A DNA stretch of 64,000 nucleotides. It comes from an uncultured Clostridia bacterium (GTDB lineage Bacteria; Bacillota; Clostridia; Oscillospirales; Ruminococcaceae). The stretch lies in contig CANQFZ010000004.1 in the NCBI GenBank assembly GCA_947600065.1, forward strand, positions 9,351-73,350, read 5' to 3'. Shown one piece after another: positions 61,399-64,000 of this stretch. How positions within the stretch are numbered: position 1 is the first letter of the stretch; each line of letters opens with the position of its first letter. The position numbers and the translations under genes were made by a program. Under the pieces are notes generated by a model. It did no database searches and was not told the DNA's origin. It worked only from the letters and a program-made list of their open reading frames with translations.

Positions 61399-61842
61399 AT
61401 GGCAGGATTTTTGAGAAATTTGTTCGGCACAGCAGATGAGAACGAGGGCTTCGTTGATTATGAAAACGAGTCTTATGACACCTCTTCGAGCGCGGTAACA
61501 AACGAAGAGGCATATTCTTCGAGCTACAGCGAGCCCAAGAGCTATACATCGAGCTCAAGCTCAAAGTTTGTAAACATCGGAACGGGAAGCGCCGCTCCTA
61601 CCAAGATAAAGATACTCAAGCCCAAGAGCTATGAGGAAGTTATCGAGGTAGCGGTCGACCTTATCCGCGAGGGAACAACTATTTTCATAAACTTAAACGG
61701 TCTTTCAAATGATATCTGCATAAGAATCGTTGACTTTATGACGGGCGTTACGGCTGCTTTCCAGGGGGATATCAAGAAGGTAGACGCTTATTGCTATGCG
61801 GCTGCGCCGAAGAATGTTGACCTTATAGACAGCATCGATTGA
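61399..61842 (+). CDS. sepF: Cell division protein SepF
   Basis: PKSYEEV and RIVDFMTG...GDIKKV motifs; yggS-sepF-ylmH-divIVA order. Confidence 0.88.
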   Translation: MAGFLRNLFGTADENEGFVDYENESYDTSSSAVTNEEAYSSSYSEPKSYTSSSSSKFVNIGTGSAAPTKIKILKPKSYEEVIEVAVDLIREGTTIFINLNGLSNDICIRIVDFMTGVTAAFQGDIKKVDAYCYAAAPKNVDLIDSID

Positions 61843-61846
61843 TTAG

Positions 61847-62617
61847 ATGCCGTTTGAACTGACAGAAGACGAGCGTTATCTGTCCGCGCATATTTCCGAC
61901 CTTTGCAGATCAAGCCAAAGGTCGGGAGTGCCGCGGTTTTCGGCGTTTTTAAACGAGAGAGAAGCGGCGATAGCAAAAGAAGCGGCGAGGACAGAGAACG
62001 CAATTCCTGTGTTTTACGGCGGTTATGACGGCGCACAAAGAACAGTGTGCGGTTTTTTTGAGGGGACTTTCGCAGAAGAATTTGAAACGGAAGCCGTAAA
62101 CAGGCTTTTCCCGATAAAGGCTGTTTCATTTTCGTTCAGAACACGTGATACACTTTCCCATCGCGATTTTTTGGGAGCGATAATGTCGCTCGGCATAAAG
62201 CGCGAAACAGTGGGTGATATCACGGTAGGCGAGGGATATGCGGCGGTTTTCTGCCTCGAAGCAGAGACGGAGCTTATTCGCGGCATAACAAAGATAGGAA
62301 ATGTCGGCGTCTGCGCTGAGGACGGACTGACAAGACCGATTGTCATAAAAGAGCCGAAAAAAATTATCGCGAGCGTTTCGTCGATGAGGTTAGACTGCAT
62401 TGTCGGGGCGTGCGCTAATATTTCAAGAGACAGATCCGCAGCGCTCGTAAAAAGCGGGCTGGTAAGCGCGGATTTTTCGGTGTGTCTTGAAACAAGCAGG
62501 ATATTGTCAGAAAATTCTGTGCTCTCCATAAGAGGGTACGGAAAGTTTAAAGTGTCGAAAATTGTCGGAACGTCCAAGAAAGGACGTTTGCGTGTTGAGA
62601 TCGAAAAATATGTATGA
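61847..62617 (+). CDS. ylmH: YlmH/Sll1252-family S4 RNA-binding protein
   Basis: YGGYDGAQR, SHRDFLGAIMSLGIKRE, VSSMRLD and SIRGYGKF motifs. Confidence 0.9.
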   Translation: MPFELTEDERYLSAHISDLCRSSQRSGVPRFSAFLNEREAAIAKEAARTENAIPVFYGGYDGAQRTVCGFFEGTFAEEFETEAVNRLFPIKAVSFSFRTRDTLSHRDFLGAIMSLGIKRETVGDITVGEGYAAVFCLEAETELIRGITKIGNVGVCAEDGLTRPIVIKEPKKIIASVSSMRLDCIVGACANISRDRSAALVKSGLVSADFSVCLETSRILSENSVLSIRGYGKFKVSKIVGTSKKGRLRVEIEKYV

Positions 62618-62678
62618 TCTGTTTTTATAGGAATTTCAGACGGAGACGGCTGAAATTCCTATGAGAACAGAAAGGTTT

Positions 62679-62835
62679 TATGCTGTATATAAGAAGTCAA
62701 GTTTCAGACTGTAGAGAAAGCCCCGGTATGCTCGCATTGAGCGCGGGGCGCTCAATACTGAAGCGCTACTGCAACTAGCCTTTGTGGCTGTTGCAGTGAC
62801 ACTGACGACGTAGATGGGGCTTTATATACAGTCTG
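62679..62835 (-). mobile_element. MITE-like repeat copy 7 (module B variant, about 157 bp)
   Basis: Reverse-oriented copy; flanks AGGTTT/ATGTTT (5 of 6 match). Confidence 0.85.
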
Positions 62836-62874
62836 ATGTTTTTCGGGCACAAATAAATTGGGAGGAAGTATTCA

Positions 62875-64000
62875 ATGAACTCGAATGATATTATAAACAG
62901 GCACTTTGAAAAGACCTTTAACGGTTATAAAATTGAAGAAGTAGATGAATTTCTCAGGGATATCTCCGAAGAATACTCAAAACTCCGAAAAGAAAACGAA
63001 GAGCTTGAAAGCAAGCTTGGGATCCTTGCAGACAAAATTCGCGAATACCGCAGCGATGAAGAAGCTCTCAAGGACGCGCTTATTTCAGCGCAGAAACAGG
63101 CGAACGTCATTGTTGCACAAGCAAAGGAAAATGCTGAAAAGCTGACGAAAGAAACCAACGAGAATATTGAAACACTTTCCGCACAGGCAAAGGCGGATAA
63201 TGAAAGAATTATAAACGAAGCAAACGAATATTCCGAAAAGGCAAGAAAAGAAGCCGAGGAGTATTCGGAAAAGGCTAAAAAAGAAGCAGACGAGTATTCG
63301 GAAAAAACAATAAAAGAAGCCGAAGCAAAAGCATCCGAGACGATAAGTGACGCCGAGAAGAAGGCAGAGGAAATAAAAGCTCTCGCCGAAAAGCAGAAGG
63401 AAATACAAGAGGACGTTATAATGCAGGCGCAAAAAGAAGCGCTCGAATTCAGGCAGAGACTTCTTGACAGCTATAATGAGCAGATAAAGCTTATAGAAAC
63501 GCTTCCCGAAAAATGCGAGAACGAATACGTAATGCGCGTTTCCGAAGAAGCAAGAAAGCGCGAGGAAGAACGGGCTGCCGCTGAAGAGGCAGAAGCCGAG
63601 AGGCTTGCCGCAGAAAAAGCCGAAGCCGAGAGGCTTGCCGCAGAAAAAGCCGAAGCCGAGAGGCTTGCCGCAGAAAAAGCCGAAGCCGAGAGACTTGCCG
63701 CCGAAAAGGCTGAAGCAGAAAGGCTTGCCGCAGAGAAAGCCGAAGCCGAGAGACTTGCCGCAGAAAAGGCAGAAGCCGAAAAGCTTGCCGCCGAAAAAGC
63801 CGAAGCCGAAAAGGCTGATGATGAGAAAAAAGCCGATGGTAGCACTGATGAGGATAACGGCGACGATATCAGCAGCAGTATAAACAGCGCAATAAACAAG
63901 AAAAATGAACAGAAGATTTCTAAAAAAACCGATGAGAAAAGGTCGGACGATCTTCCTTTTTTCAATTCTACAGATACAAGATCACTGCGTCATGCCGACC
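62875..64000 (+). CDS. divIVA: DivIVA-domain protein, long form, truncated by the window end
   Basis: RBS GGGAGG; [27 protein letters not shown]; frame checked at start, repeat region and end; absent from the ORF track because no stop lies in the window. Confidence 0.88.
   Translation, partial: MNSNDIINRHFEKTFNGYKIEEVDEFLRDISEEYSKLRKENEELESKLGILADKIREYRSDEEALKDALISAQKQANVIVAQAKENAEKLTKETNENIETLSAQAKADNERIINEANEYSEKARKEAEEYSEKAKKEADEYSEKTIKEAEAKASETISDAEKKAEEIKALAEKQKEIQEDVIMQAQKEALEFRQRLLDSYNEQIKLIETLPEKCENEYVMRVSEEARKREEERAAAEEAEAERLAAEKAEAERLAAEKAEAERLAAEKAEAERLAAEKAEAERLAAEKAEAERLAAEKAEAEKLAAEKAEAEKADDEKKADGSTDEDNGDDISSSINSAINKKNEQKISKKTDEKRSDDLPFFNSTDTRSLRHAD
63592..63816 (+). repeat. 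30-bp coding tandem repeat ([10 protein letters not shown]) x7.5
   Basis: First three units identical in DNA; later units differ mostly at synonymous sites. Confidence 0.95.

Noticed and set aside
63471-63965. Minus-strand 164-aa ORF with [10 protein letters not shown] repeats, and CRISPR-like periodicity
   Set aside because: It is the antisense shadow of the DivIVA 30-bp repeat; there are no unique spacers and no cas genes

Overview
64 kb of core chromosome from a Clostridia (probably Oscillospiraceae/Ruminococcus-like) bacterium; almost all genes are on the + strand. Main blocks: a transglutaminase-like membrane protein, a DHH-type phosphoesterase, a sortase-type surface protein, a purine operon (purE-purC-purF paralog-purF-purM-purN-IMP cyclohydrolase-AICAR transformylase) interleaved with five accessory ORFs, truA, a Clp ATPase, Na+-decarboxylase gamma/beta subunits, aconitase-icd and citrate synthase, a two-component system, prmC-recA-recX-rimO-pgsA-MATE, tRNA-Leu(GAG), prmA-recD2-comF-miaB-ylbF/ymcA-mutS-mutL-miaA-hfq, and yggS-sepF-ylmH-divIVA (runs off the end). 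No transposase, integrase, phage gene or CRISPR array was seen. The unexplained structure is intergenic: (1) seven copies plus one deleted copy of a 129-180 bp MITE-like element with terminal inverted repeats, short flanking duplications, covarying stems and optional hairpin modules; (2) two families of heptamer-repeat elements, one bracketing a REP-like doublet after the tRNA; (3) an unannotated 33-aa ORF with its own promoter and terminator; (4) a ~170-nt promoter-to-terminator hairpin RNA candidate; (5) a possible attenuator in the pur leader. All alignments and folds were done by eye and no database was searched.
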